NCBI GenBank assembly: GCA_017499595.2
Contig: CM039010.1
Coordinates: forward strand, 1 to 64,000
DNA length: 64,000 bases
Origin: Psilocybe cubensis
Taxonomy: Eukaryota
Direction of reading: 5' to 3'
In this document: in pieces, positions 31,663 to 42,340 of the stretch
Layout: each line of letters starts with the position of its first letter
Position numbering within the stretch: position 1 is the first letter of the stretch
Program-made: the position numbers and the translations under genes
Notes under the pieces: model-generated
What the model was told of the DNA's origin: nothing
Database searches by the model: none
The model's input: the letters and a program-made list of their open reading frames with translations, nothing else

Positions 31663-32591
31663 CAAGTACTCGTCCTCTCCCAAACTCCTGCCGCTTGTGC
31701 CTTCCCAACTCATCCGGGAGCCCTTTCGTCACTGATCTTGCCCTTGACTCGGGGACGTTTCATCGACATGTTGGCTGCCTCACGGCAAGCGGGGCCCTTT
31801 TTCTTTCACTCGCTCACGCCTTCTATGTTGGGTTACGGAGGTCATACAAACTCGTTTTAGTCTAGCTGCGGGGTTATCCAGCTATGATGACTTTGTAATT
31901 CGAGGGCGCGCAGTTCTTCAATGGGTATGGACATCAGGTGAGAGTACACTGGGGGTTGTCAGGACCAGCTCTGCTGGATACGCTCCTGGCAAGTCGGTTG
32001 CAGCCGGCGACACTACCGAATTGCTGGGACGTCCTAAAGCTTGTGGGTACCGCCGACCGCTGGAAACAGCCTAGGCACCGGTGGCGACCGGGTATGGTAA
32101 CAATCCCCAAGATTCAGCGAAAGCTGGAATGGATAATCAGCAGCGAATCCGTAACGGTCACGCCGACGGAAGCGTTCAACGACTAGGTGGTAGTGGGGTC
32201 TTCGGATCTTAAGATATAGTCTTGGGAGTGGGGAAACCCACATCTGGTATCTAAACCGCGCCTCGCTGCTTACGAGGACGGCCCGAAGTCCAGAACCGCT
32301 TAAAACGCGGGTGACCCGGCCTCCCCTTAGTAAAGGGAGTTAACACAAGGATGGACAAATAGTTCGTCGCCGGAAATGAACCTGTGGCTGTAATGGCTGA
32401 TGTGGCGCCCCTTGGTAAAGGGCTTAAAGGGTATTAGCCTGCCATGTCCAATGGCATGAGAGTGTCCCTTGGTAAAGGACTTAATAGGCAATAGCCTGCT
32501 CTTTTGTCATGAGCGGTATGTAGTGATCGTTTGCCTGTACGGTAGCGCCCATTGCTTGCACTGGTCCACGCCCGTAAAAAATCACGAGCCG
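31663..32591 (+). ncRNA. Group I intron (full, 929 nt) splitting the hammerhead
   Basis: Same junctions and core as 810-1738. Confidence 0.92.
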
Positions 32592-32705
32592 CTGGCCTTC
32601 TTTCTATTTCAAACTCACAGTTTAAACTAGTCGCTCGCACCTCGCTTCGCTCGGTGCTCGCTCCCCCCCTAAACCCAACGACTTTGCTATCACCCATCAG
32701 TTACC

Positions 32706-35700
32706 ATGTCATCCCAATACTCTGCTGCATTCTCTCGTGCCATGTCCCCTACCCTGGACGCACTCACCCAGGCCGTCGTCAACAACACTGTCTTCGGCGT
32801 CAACGATGAAGCAGGCCGCCATAACGCTCTTATCGACGAGCTGGCCACTGTGGTCATCAAAAAAATAGCTGAGTGCCGCTCCGTTGACCAAGTCATAGAC
32901 TGCGTCTTTTTTGACTATCGTGCTGCCCTCAGGGAGTTTCTCCTCAACCTCGCATCGTGGTGCGACAAGAGGGAAACAGTCAAGGCTAGCCTCGAGCGCC
33001 TTGAATCTGCCGTTAGCGCAGGCAACACGCCCAATCGCCTTAAGGTGAAGGCACCCGAGTTCCAACTTACGAAGGAATTCGCGGATGCCGGGTCAGCGGA
33101 GGCTCTTCGAGTCTCCACTACGTTCTCTTCCGCTCGTGATGCCTTCCAAAAGGCAATTAACGACGGCGCCGTTCAGGCGAAAAAGGACGAGCTGGCTTTT
33201 TGGGATGATAAATGCGCGCTCAACTCTTGCTACGAAGCTGCTGCCCTCATCGTTAAGGCAACTTACGATGATCGCAAATCCAGCTACAAGCTCCCTGTTT
33301 TCTCTACAGACAACAAGGGAGTTCGACGTATAGCAGAGTGGGTAGTGTCTCCGCAAAAGAAAGCCGAATGCAGTGCGCTGCAAACTATACTGCCGGCGAT
33401 CTTTTCTCATATCAAACAGATTGTCAACATGCGCCACCGCGCCTTGGCAATTAAGATTGAGAAAAAGCGGACGACTGCGGCAACAGCCGATGTCGAGATG
33501 GCCGATGCGACCAAACCAGGTCCATCGATTCAATCCCTTATTGATAAGGGCTTGAATGCACGTCTCAAAAAGCTCAACCTTGGATCTGTGGGCAAGAAGG
33601 CAAGTTTTCGTAACCCTTCACCCATAATTCTGGACACTAATTATTACTCTAATTACCCAGACTTTGTCTGGCCAGAATTCGTCCAAGGCTCCTCAACCTC
33701 AGGCCAGGAAAGCTGGCCCTTCGAAACCCAAGTCGTCGTCGACGCCTTCGCAGAGGAAGCCTCAAACCAAGGCTTCCAACAAGGTCGACAACAAGAAGAA
33801 AGGGAAGGGGAGAGCTCCCGTCAAGAACAACGATCCAAAGGGAAAGGGAAAGGCAAGAGCCTAGACGCGCGGTCTACTGTAGCATCATTTACGTCGGTGA
33901 GACCCGCCTTCCCCAACTCTATTCCTGACGATATACTCACCATGACTAAAACAGACGCAGTTTCTTTTGTACACCTCAATACCCCGATTTCATTCTTATT
34001 GGCTGGCCAGTATAGATCTAGTGTACACTGTAGTCCTGGTGTTTCGGTCCCTGTTGATGTAGCAAATGATTTATCTCTTGGACTTAATTATATGTTTTTT
34101 ACACTGCCTTCTAAAAGTCTGATCATGCAAGCATGGAATGATTTTCAACGAAGAATAAGATGGCGTATCTATTTTTTGTTTAAAGAAGGCATGAATAAAC
34201 CTTTCGATCCAGACTATGGAGTAAGCTCTAAAAAGAAAGAGAAACCTCCAATGTTACCGCAATTTATGGAACTTGGCCTTTCAATGGGACGTCGGTACGT
34301 TATTAAAACGATCGCAAGTATCCCGGAAGAAGCCCTTAAAGAGATGCGAAAGCACGCGTTCTCTCCTAAAAGGGACAAGATCCAAAAGTTTCTTTTCGAT
34401 AACAACTATGTTATTACGATGACAGATAAGAATCTTGGCCTCGCGGTGTCTGAACGCGACTGGATATTAAGGAATGAGCTCAATCTTCTTGAAGATGAAC
34501 GCAACTACGAAGAGTTAGAATTCGAAGTTGCGCAAGAAGTTATGAAGAGCAAAATGATTCAGATGCAAACTCTCGCACGTACCGTCGAAGATGAACATCT
34601 GTTTCTATTTGAACTTGGGTTGTCTCGATTCTTTCTATCGAATGTACCGGAAGACGGATCATCGTTCAAGTATCCTCAATTTCATGGTATACCTAAAATC
34701 CACAAGAAACCTACTGGATTTAGGCCCATAATTCCGTGTCACTCTGTAGTATTTAATCCTGCAGCCAAGTTTGTATCAAAAGAGCTTAAGCCGATTATTA
34801 AATCGACTCCTTCAATCATTCACGGAACGAAGGATCTCTTTACGAGATTAAGCCAATTGCGTATAGACTCCAAAAGACAATGGTATTTTGTCACTGGAGA
34901 TGTAGTTGCTTTCTATCCCAATATTCCGTTGGACTTGTGCATCGAAATCGTTTGTAGTATGTACGAGGAATGGTTACTCAACGCTTCGGAAGAAAACACT
35001 GCATTAGCCCATATTAATCCAAATTCGTTAGAAAATAACTTGGTTAAATTGGGCATCTTTAAACGTGCTATCGAGATTGGCAATACGCAATTAATAACAC
35101 AACATGGGTCTAGATATTTTAGACAAAAAAATGGCCTCGCAATGGGCGTCGCGGATTCTCCGGACCTTGCTAACCTCTTTGGAGCCCATTTTGAAATAAA
35201 GTCAAAAATCTTGGACCACCCAAACGTGGCCTTCTATGGAAGGTACATCGACGATTGTTTCGCAATTGTTTACGCCGAGTCCGAAGCACTTGCACTTAAT
35301 CTTATTAAAGAAACAATAAAGTTCGATGGTTGTGTTATCGAATGGGCTGTTTCCTCGTCGGGATGTCAATTTCTCGATGCTTTCATATTCAAGGAGTCTG
35401 GAAAACTTCATTGGAAGCCTTTTGTCAAGACAGGAAACAACCGAGAACGAGTTCCATGGGTATCACATCATCCTTTGGACGTCAAACGTGGCGTCTACAT
35501 TGGAGAGTTATCCAGGTTAGCCGTGCTATGTAGTACCAAGGAAATCTACATCGGAGCAATTAGAGACCTTAACGCTCTCTATTTGATGCGCGGTTATCCC
35601 GAAAACCTAGTCATATCTTGGTGTAAGAAGAATATACAAGAACGTTGGGAAAAGCGATTCGCTTTACGAGTCGCAGAGCACGACGAATCCATTCTTGTAC

Positions 35701-36239
35701 TTAAAACCAGATTTGATCAGGTATGGAATTGGTTTTCAGCTGCTGAACTTGGAAAAACTGTTACCGAGTACTGGTCGGCATGGTATGAACATGCCGAGAA
35801 AGGTTTGTATAGTGCAGACTCGTCCAGACCCCTTATCAAACCAGATCCAAATTACGTTCACGACCTCGATGATGTTCGCCCGGAGCTGTTCACACAGATC
35901 CTCGTGGACGGAGAAACTGAGTTCGTACCGGATTTGAGGAAGATAGGACTACTCGGAAGTCGTTGGATAGTATCGCGAAAACGCAATACTAATCTTTTCG
36001 ACCTTGCAAATGTGTGGAAGAAAACAGTCTTTCGTAAACTGGATGAAGACATCGCTGAAAAAGGTGGTGTTGTTCCCGAAACTCAAAACGTTAATGAAAC
36101 TTATCATTCTGCTTTAGTTGAAGCTGCTGAGCAGATAAGTATCGAAAGTGATAACGAGATAATACTTCATAGACGTTCAATCTCACAAGAGAGGGAACAT
36201 CCAGAATTCGGCAGAATATCCAAATCTTACAACCGATGA
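32706..36239 (+). CDS. Penelope-like RT polyprotein, subtype A
   Basis: Intact 1177-aa ORF with RT motifs. Confidence 0.95.
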   Translation: MSSQYSAAFSRAMSPTLDALTQAVVNNTVFGVNDEAGRHNALIDELATVVIKKIAECRSVDQVIDCVFFDYRAALREFLLNLASWCDKRETVKASLERLESAVSAGNTPNRLKVKAPEFQLTKEFADAGSAEALRVSTTFSSARDAFQKAINDGAVQAKKDELAFWDDKCALNSCYEAAALIVKATYDDRKSSYKLPVFSTDNKGVRRIAEWVVSPQKKAECSALQTILPAIFSHIKQIVNMRHRALAIKIEKKRTTAATADVEMADATKPGPSIQSLIDKGLNARLKKLNLGSVGKKASFRNPSPIILDTNYYSNYPDFVWPEFVQGSSTSGQESWPFETQVVVDAFAEEASNQGFQQGRQQEEREGESSRQEQRSKGKGKGKSLDARSTVASFTSVRPAFPNSIPDDILTMTKTDAVSFVHLNTPISFLLAGQYRSSVHCSPGVSVPVDVANDLSLGLNYMFFTLPSKSLIMQAWNDFQRRIRWRIYFLFKEGMNKPFDPDYGVSSKKKEKPPMLPQFMELGLSMGRRYVIKTIASIPEEALKEMRKHAFSPKRDKIQKFLFDNNYVITMTDKNLGLAVSERDWILRNELNLLEDERNYEELEFEVAQEVMKSKMIQMQTLARTVEDEHLFLFELGLSRFFLSNVPEDGSSFKYPQFHGIPKIHKKPTGFRPIIPCHSVVFNPAAKFVSKELKPIIKSTPSIIHGTKDLFTRLSQLRIDSKRQWYFVTGDVVAFYPNIPLDLCIEIVCSMYEEWLLNASEENTALAHINPNSLENNLVKLGIFKRAIEIGNTQLITQHGSRYFRQKNGLAMGVADSPDLANLFGAHFEIKSKILDHPNVAFYGRYIDDCFAIVYAESEALALNLIKETIKFDGCVIEWAVSSSGCQFLDAFIFKESGKLHWKPFVKTGNNRERVPWVSHHPLDVKRGVYIGELSRLAVLCSTKEIYIGAIRDLNALYLMRGYPENLVISWCKKNIQERWEKRFALRVAEHDESILVLKTRFDQVWNWFSAAELGKTVTEYWSAWYEHAEKGLYSADSSRPLIKPDPNYVHDLDDVRPELFTQILVDGETEFVPDLRKIGLLGSRWIVSRKRNTNLFDLANVWKKTVFRKLDEDIAEKGGVVPETQNVNETYHSALVEAAEQISIESDNEIILHRRSISQEREHPEFGRISKSYNR

Positions 36240-37110
36240 AAAGAATACTAGCGCTTAAGGCGTAAAGCATTAGAAAAAAACCCTAACCGTAAGTATTCCT
36301 TGCTATAAAGTAACAAACATCTACTTACAAGCAACACATTGGATTGAATAGCTAAACCTAAACCTAAACCCTAAACCCTAAACCCTAAGCCCTAACCTAA
36401 CCCCAACCCTAAGCTAACTAAGTCTAACCTTAGTAGGAAGTAAGGTAGGCGTGTGAACTTCCGAACGGCATGTGATTGTGAAGGGCCGGATCTAATTTAG
36501 TACATGGGAAAAGTTACTTAGTACTTCGGGAAAAGTTCCTTAGTACCGTGGAAACATTTTTGATGGACCAGATCATGAACTGTCCAATTAAGATTCACAA
36601 CAATCAATCAGTCTATTGTTTGATTGTTAGGTAAGGACCCAGGTAAGCTATTTATACTCTAGACATGTGAATATTCCCATGTCGCGGTTACTCGGAGCCA
36701 CGTAACCAGAGTTTTCTATATCCATGTGATTCACATCACAGTCAATAACCCACGATGTCAAAGAACAAAAGTGTTGGATCCACTTTTGACAGGTTACCAT
36801 ATGCCACATTGACCCGTGACACTCTGTTCATCAGAGATCTGTCTAACTTGACAATAAACATTGACAGATTTGTGATAGTCGGTAAGATACATGACAGCTG
36901 CGCAGCATCACTTCACGCACTGTCATCGGATGTTCCAGAACATTCCTTCTAAGAATAGCCACTGAAGAGTCTATAAAGACGAAAGGGCTGGCTGCTGATA
37001 ACAATCAACAGCCCTCTGGCCTTCTTTCTATTTCAAACTCACAGTTTAAACTAGTCGCTCGCACCTCGCTTCGCTCGGTGCTCGCTCCCCCCCTAAACCC
37101 TAAACCCTAA

Positions 37111-40100
37111 CCCTAAACCTAAACCTAAACCCTAAACCCTAAACCCTAAGCCCTAACCTAACCCCAACCCTAAGCTAACTAAGTCTAACCTTAGTAGGAA
37201 GTAAGGTAGGCGTGTGAACTTCCGAACGGCATGTGATTGTGAAGGGCCGGATCTAATTTAGTACATGGGAAAAGTTACTTAGTACTTCGGGAAAAGTTCC
37301 TTAGTACCGTGGAAACATTTTTGATGGACCGGATCATGAATTGTCCAATTAAGATTCACAACAATCAATCATTCTATTTTTTGATTGTTAGGTAAGGACC
37401 CAGGTAAGCTATTTATACTCTAGACATGTGAATATTCCCATGTCGCGGTTACTCGGAGCCACGTAACCAGAGTAATCTATATCCATGTGATTCACATCAC
37501 AGTCAATAACCCACGATGTCAAAGAACAAAAGTGTTGGATCCACTTTTGACAGGTTACCATGTGCCACATTGACCCGTGACACTCTGTTCATCAGAGACC
37601 TGTCTAACTTGACAATAAACATTGACAGATTTGTGATAGTCGGTAAGATACATGACAGCTGCGCAGCATCACTTCACGCGCTGTCATCGGATGTTCCAGA
37701 ACATTCCTTCTAAGAATAGCCACTGAAGAGTCTATAAAGACGAAAGGGCTGGCCGTTTGTACCCCCAAACAGCCCTCTGGCCTTCTTTCTATTTCAAACT
37801 CACAGTTTAAACTAGTCGCTCGCACCTCGCTTCGCTCGGTGCTCGCTCCCCCCCTAAACCCAACGACTTTGCTATCACCCATCAGTTACCATGTCATCCC
37901 AATACTCTGCTGCATTCTCTCGTGCCATGTCCCCTACCCTGGACGCACTCACCCAGGCCGTCGTCAACAACACTGTCTTCGGCGTCAACGATGAAGCAGG
38001 CCGCCATAACGCTCTTATCGACGAGCTGGCCACTGTGGTCATCAAAAAAATAGCTGAGTGCCGCTCCGTTGACCAAGTCATAGACTGCGTCTTTTTTGAC
38101 TATCGTGCTGCCCTCAGGGAGTTTCTCCTCAACCTCGCATCGTGGTGCGACAAGAGGGAAACAGTCAAGGCTAGCCTCGAGCGCCTTGAATCTGCCGTTA
38201 GCGCAGGCAACACGCCCAATCGCCTTAAGGTGAAGGCGCCCGAGTTCCAACTCACGAAGGAATTCGCGGATGCCGGGTCAGCGGAGGCTCTTCGAGTCTC
38301 CACTACGTTCTCTACCGCTCGTGACGTCTTCCAAAAGACGATTAACGACGGCGCCATTCAGGCGAAAAAGGACGAGCTGGCCTTTTGGGATGATAAATGC
38401 GCGCTCAACTCTTGCTACGAAGCTGCTGCCCTCATCGTTAAGGCAACTTACGATGACCGCAAATCCAGCTACAAGCTCCCTGTTTTCTCTACAGACAACA
38501 AGGGAGTGCGACGTATAGCAGAGTGGGTAGTGTCTCCGCAAAAGAAAGCCGAATGCAGTGCGCTGCAAACTATACTGCCGGCGATCTTTTCTCATATCAA
38601 ACAGATTGTCAACATGCGCCACCGCGCCTTGGCAATTAAGATTGAGAAAAAGCGGACGACTGCGGCAACAGCCGATGTCGAGATGGCCGACGCGACCAAA
38701 CCAGGTCCGTCGATTCAATCCCTTATTGATAAGGGCTTGAATGCACGTCTCAAGAAGCTCAACCTTGGATCTGTGGGCAAGAAGGCAAGTTTTCGTAACC
38801 CTTCACCCATAATTCTGGACACTAATTATTACTCTAATTACCCAGACTTTGTCTGGCCCGAATTCGTCCAAGGCTCCTCAACCTCAGGCCAGAAAAGCTG
38901 GCCCTTCGAAACCCAAGTCGTCGTCGACGCCTTTGCAGAGGAAGCCTCAAACCAAGGCTTCCAACAAGGTCGACAACAAGAAGAAAGGGAAGGGGAGAGC
39001 TCCCGTCAAGAACAACGATCCAAAGGGAAAGGGAAAGGCAAGAGCCTAGACGCGCGGTCTACTGTAGCATCATTTACGTCGGTGAGACCCGCCTTCCCCA
39101 ACTCTATTCCTGACGATATACTCACCATGACTAAAACAGACGCAGTTTCTTTTGTACACCTCAATACCCCGATTTCATTCTTATTGGCTGGCCAGTATAG
39201 ATCTAGTGTACACTGTAGTCCTGGTGTTTCGGTCCCTGTTGATGTAGCAAATGATTTATCTCTTGGACTCAATTATATGTTTTTTACACTGCCTTCTAAA
39301 AGTCTGATCATGCAAGCATGGAATGATTTTCAACGAAGAATAAGATGGCGTATCTATTTTTTGTTTAAGGAAGGCATGAATAAACCCTTCGATCCAGACT
39401 ATGGAGTAAGCTCTAAAAAGAAAGAGAAACCTCCAATGTTACCGCAATTTATGGAACTTGGCCTTTCAATGGGACGTCGGTACGTTATTAAAACGATCGC
39501 AAGTATCCCGGAAGAAGCCCTCAAGGAGATGCGAAAGCACGCGTTCTCTCCTAAAAGGGACAAGATCCAAAAGTTTCTTATCGATAACAACTATGTTATT
39601 ACGATGACAGATAAGAATCTTGGCCTCGCGGTGTCTGAACGCGACTGGATATTAAGGAACGAGCTCAATCTTCTTGAAGATGAACGCAACTACGAAGAGT
39701 TAGAATTCGAAGTTGCTCAAGAAGTTATGAAGAGCAAAATGATTCAGATGCAAACTCTTGCACGTACCGTCGAAGATGAACATCTGTTTCTATTTGAACT
39801 TGGGTTGTCTCGATTTTTTCTATCGAATGTACCGGAAGATGGATCATCGTTCAAGTATCCTCAATTTCATGGTATACCTAAAATCCACAAGAAACCTACT
39901 GGATTTAGGCCCATAATTCCGTGTCACTCTGTAGTATTTAATCCTGCAGCCAAGTTTGTATCAAAAGAGCTTAAGCCGATTATTAAATCGACTCCTTCAA
40001 TCATTCACGGAACGAAGGATCTCTTTACGAGATTAAGCCAATTGCGTATAGACTCCAAAAGACAATGGTATTTTGTCACTGGAGATGTAGTTGCTTTCTA

Positions 40101-42278
40101 TCCCAATATTCCGTTGGACTTGTGCATCGAAATCGTTTGTAGTATGTACGAGGAATGGTTACTCAACACTTCGGAAGAAAACACTACATTAGCCCACATT
40201 AAGCCAAATTCGTTAGAGAATAACTTGGTTAAATTGGGCATCTTTAAACGTGCTATCGAGATTGGCAATACGCAATTGATAACACAACATGGGTCTAGAT
40301 ATTTTAGACAAAAAAATGGCCTCGCAATGGGCGTCGCGGATTCTCCGGACCTTGCTAACCTCTTTGGAGCCCATTTTGAAATAAAGTCAAAAATCTTGGA
40401 CCACCCAAACGTGGCCTTCTATGGAAGGTACATCGACGATTGTTTCGCAATTGTTTACGCCGAGTCCGAAGCACTTGCACTTAATCTTATTAAAGAAACA
40501 ATAAAGTTCGATGGTTGTGTTATCGAATGGGCTGTTTCCTCGTCGGGATGTCAATTTCTCGATGCTTTCATATTCAAGGAGTCTGGAAAACTTCATTGGA
40601 AGCCTTTTGTCAAGACAGGAAACAACCGAGAACGAGTTCCATGGGTATCACATCATCCTTTGGACGTCAAACGTGGCGTTTACATTGGAGAGTTATCCAG
40701 GTTAGCCGTGCTATGTAGTACCAAGGAAATCTACATCGGAGCAATTAGAGACCTTAACGCTCTCTATTTGATGCGCGGTTATCCCGAAAACCTAGTCATG
40801 TCTTGGTGTAAGAAGAATATACAAGAACGTTGGGAAAAGCGATTTGCTTTACGAGTCGCAGAGCACGACGAATCCATTCTTGTACTTAAAACCAGGTTTG
40901 ATCAGGTATGGAATTGGTTTTCAGCTGCTGAACTTGGAAAAACTGTTACCGAGTACTGGTCGGCATGGTATGAACATGCCGAGAAAGGTCTGTATAGTGC
41001 AGACTCGTCCAGACCCCTTATCAAACCAGATCCAAATTACGTTCACGACCTCGATGATGTTCGCCCGGAGCTGTTCACACAGATCCTCGTGGACGGAGAA
41101 ACTGAGTTCGTACCGGATTTGAGGAAGATAGGACTACTCGGAAGTCGTTGGATAGTATCGCGAAAGCGCAATACTAATCTTTTCGACCTTGCAAATGTGT
41201 GGAAGAAAACAGTTTTTCGTAAACTGGATGAAGACATTGCCGAAAAAGGTGGTGTTGTTCCCGAAACTCAAAACGTTAATGAAACTTATCATTCTGCTCT
41301 AGTTGAAGCTGCTGAACAGATAAGTATCGAAAGCGATAACGAGATAATACTTCATAGACGTTCAATCTCACAAGAGAGGGAACATCCAGAATTCGGCAGA
41401 ATATCCAAATCTTACAACCGATGAAAAGAATACTAGCGCTTAAGGCGTAAAGCATTAGAAAAAAACCCTAACCGTAAGTATTCATTGCTATAAAGTAACA
41501 AACATCTACTTACAAGCAACACATTGGATTGAATAGCTAAACCTAAACCTAAACCCTAAACCCTAAACCCTAAGCCCTAACCTAACCCCAACCCTAAGCT
41601 AACTAAGTCTAACCTTAGTAGGAAGTAAGGTAGGCGTGTGAACTTCCGAACGGCATGTGATTGTGAAGGGCCGGATCTAATTTAGTACATGGGAAAAGTT
41701 ACTTAGTACTTCGGGAAAAGTTCCTTAGTACCGTGGAAACATTTTTGATGGACCGGATCATGAATTGTCCAATTAAGATTCACAACAATCAATCATTCTA
41801 TTTTTTGATTGTTAGGTAAGGACCCAGGTAAGCTATTTATACTCTAGACATGTGAATATTCCCATGTCGCGGTTACTCGGAGCCACGTAACCAGAGTAAT
41901 CTATATCCATGTGATTCACATCACAGTCAATAACCCACGATGTCAAAGAACAAAAGTGTTGGATCCACTTTTGACAGGTTACCATGTGCCACATTGACCC
42001 GTGACACTCTGTTCATCAGAGACCTGTCTAACTTGACAATAAACATTGACAGATTTGTGATAGTCGGTAAGATACATGACAGCTGCGCAGCATCACTTCA
42101 CGCGCTGTCATCGGATGTTCCAGAACATTCCTTCTAAGAATAGCCACTGAAGAGTCTATAAAGACGAAAGGGCTGGCCGTTTGTACCCCCAAACAGCCCT
42201 CTGGCCTTCTTTCTATTTCAAACTCACAGTTTAAACTAGTCGCTCGCACCTCGCTTCGCTCGGTGCTCGCTCCCCCCC
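37111..42278 (+). mobile_element. PLE copy 8 (subtype A variant), intron-less leader; hammerheads at 37712-37787 and 42136-42211
   Basis: Leader, ORF and 3' UTR. Both hammerheads carry the same private stem III loop. Confidence 0.9.
37891..41424 (+). CDS. Penelope-like RT polyprotein, subtype A variant
   Basis: Intact 1177-aa ORF with RT motifs. Confidence 0.95.
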   Translation: MSSQYSAAFSRAMSPTLDALTQAVVNNTVFGVNDEAGRHNALIDELATVVIKKIAECRSVDQVIDCVFFDYRAALREFLLNLASWCDKRETVKASLERLESAVSAGNTPNRLKVKAPEFQLTKEFADAGSAEALRVSTTFSTARDVFQKTINDGAIQAKKDELAFWDDKCALNSCYEAAALIVKATYDDRKSSYKLPVFSTDNKGVRRIAEWVVSPQKKAECSALQTILPAIFSHIKQIVNMRHRALAIKIEKKRTTAATADVEMADATKPGPSIQSLIDKGLNARLKKLNLGSVGKKASFRNPSPIILDTNYYSNYPDFVWPEFVQGSSTSGQKSWPFETQVVVDAFAEEASNQGFQQGRQQEEREGESSRQEQRSKGKGKGKSLDARSTVASFTSVRPAFPNSIPDDILTMTKTDAVSFVHLNTPISFLLAGQYRSSVHCSPGVSVPVDVANDLSLGLNYMFFTLPSKSLIMQAWNDFQRRIRWRIYFLFKEGMNKPFDPDYGVSSKKKEKPPMLPQFMELGLSMGRRYVIKTIASIPEEALKEMRKHAFSPKRDKIQKFLIDNNYVITMTDKNLGLAVSERDWILRNELNLLEDERNYEELEFEVAQEVMKSKMIQMQTLARTVEDEHLFLFELGLSRFFLSNVPEDGSSFKYPQFHGIPKIHKKPTGFRPIIPCHSVVFNPAAKFVSKELKPIIKSTPSIIHGTKDLFTRLSQLRIDSKRQWYFVTGDVVAFYPNIPLDLCIEIVCSMYEEWLLNTSEENTTLAHIKPNSLENNLVKLGIFKRAIEIGNTQLITQHGSRYFRQKNGLAMGVADSPDLANLFGAHFEIKSKILDHPNVAFYGRYIDDCFAIVYAESEALALNLIKETIKFDGCVIEWAVSSSGCQFLDAFIFKESGKLHWKPFVKTGNNRERVPWVSHHPLDVKRGVYIGELSRLAVLCSTKEIYIGAIRDLNALYLMRGYPENLVMSWCKKNIQERWEKRFALRVAEHDESILVLKTRFDQVWNWFSAAELGKTVTEYWSAWYEHAEKGLYSADSSRPLIKPDPNYVHDLDDVRPELFTQILVDGETEFVPDLRKIGLLGSRWIVSRKRNTNLFDLANVWKKTVFRKLDEDIAEKGGVVPETQNVNETYHSALVEAAEQISIESDNEIILHRRSISQEREHPEFGRISKSYNR

Positions 42279-42340
42279 TAAACCCTAAACCCTAAACCCT
42301 AAACCCTAAACCCTAAACCCTAAACCCTAAACCCTAAACC
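42276..42340 (+). repeat. Interstitial telomeric tract (~9 x CCCTAAA)
   Basis: Direct reading. Confidence 0.93.

Larger units (their letters stand above)
31001..37093 (+). mobile_element. PLE copy 7 (subtype A) with group I intron in leader; 3' hammerhead at 36951-37026
   Basis: Same layout as copy 1. Confidence 0.9.
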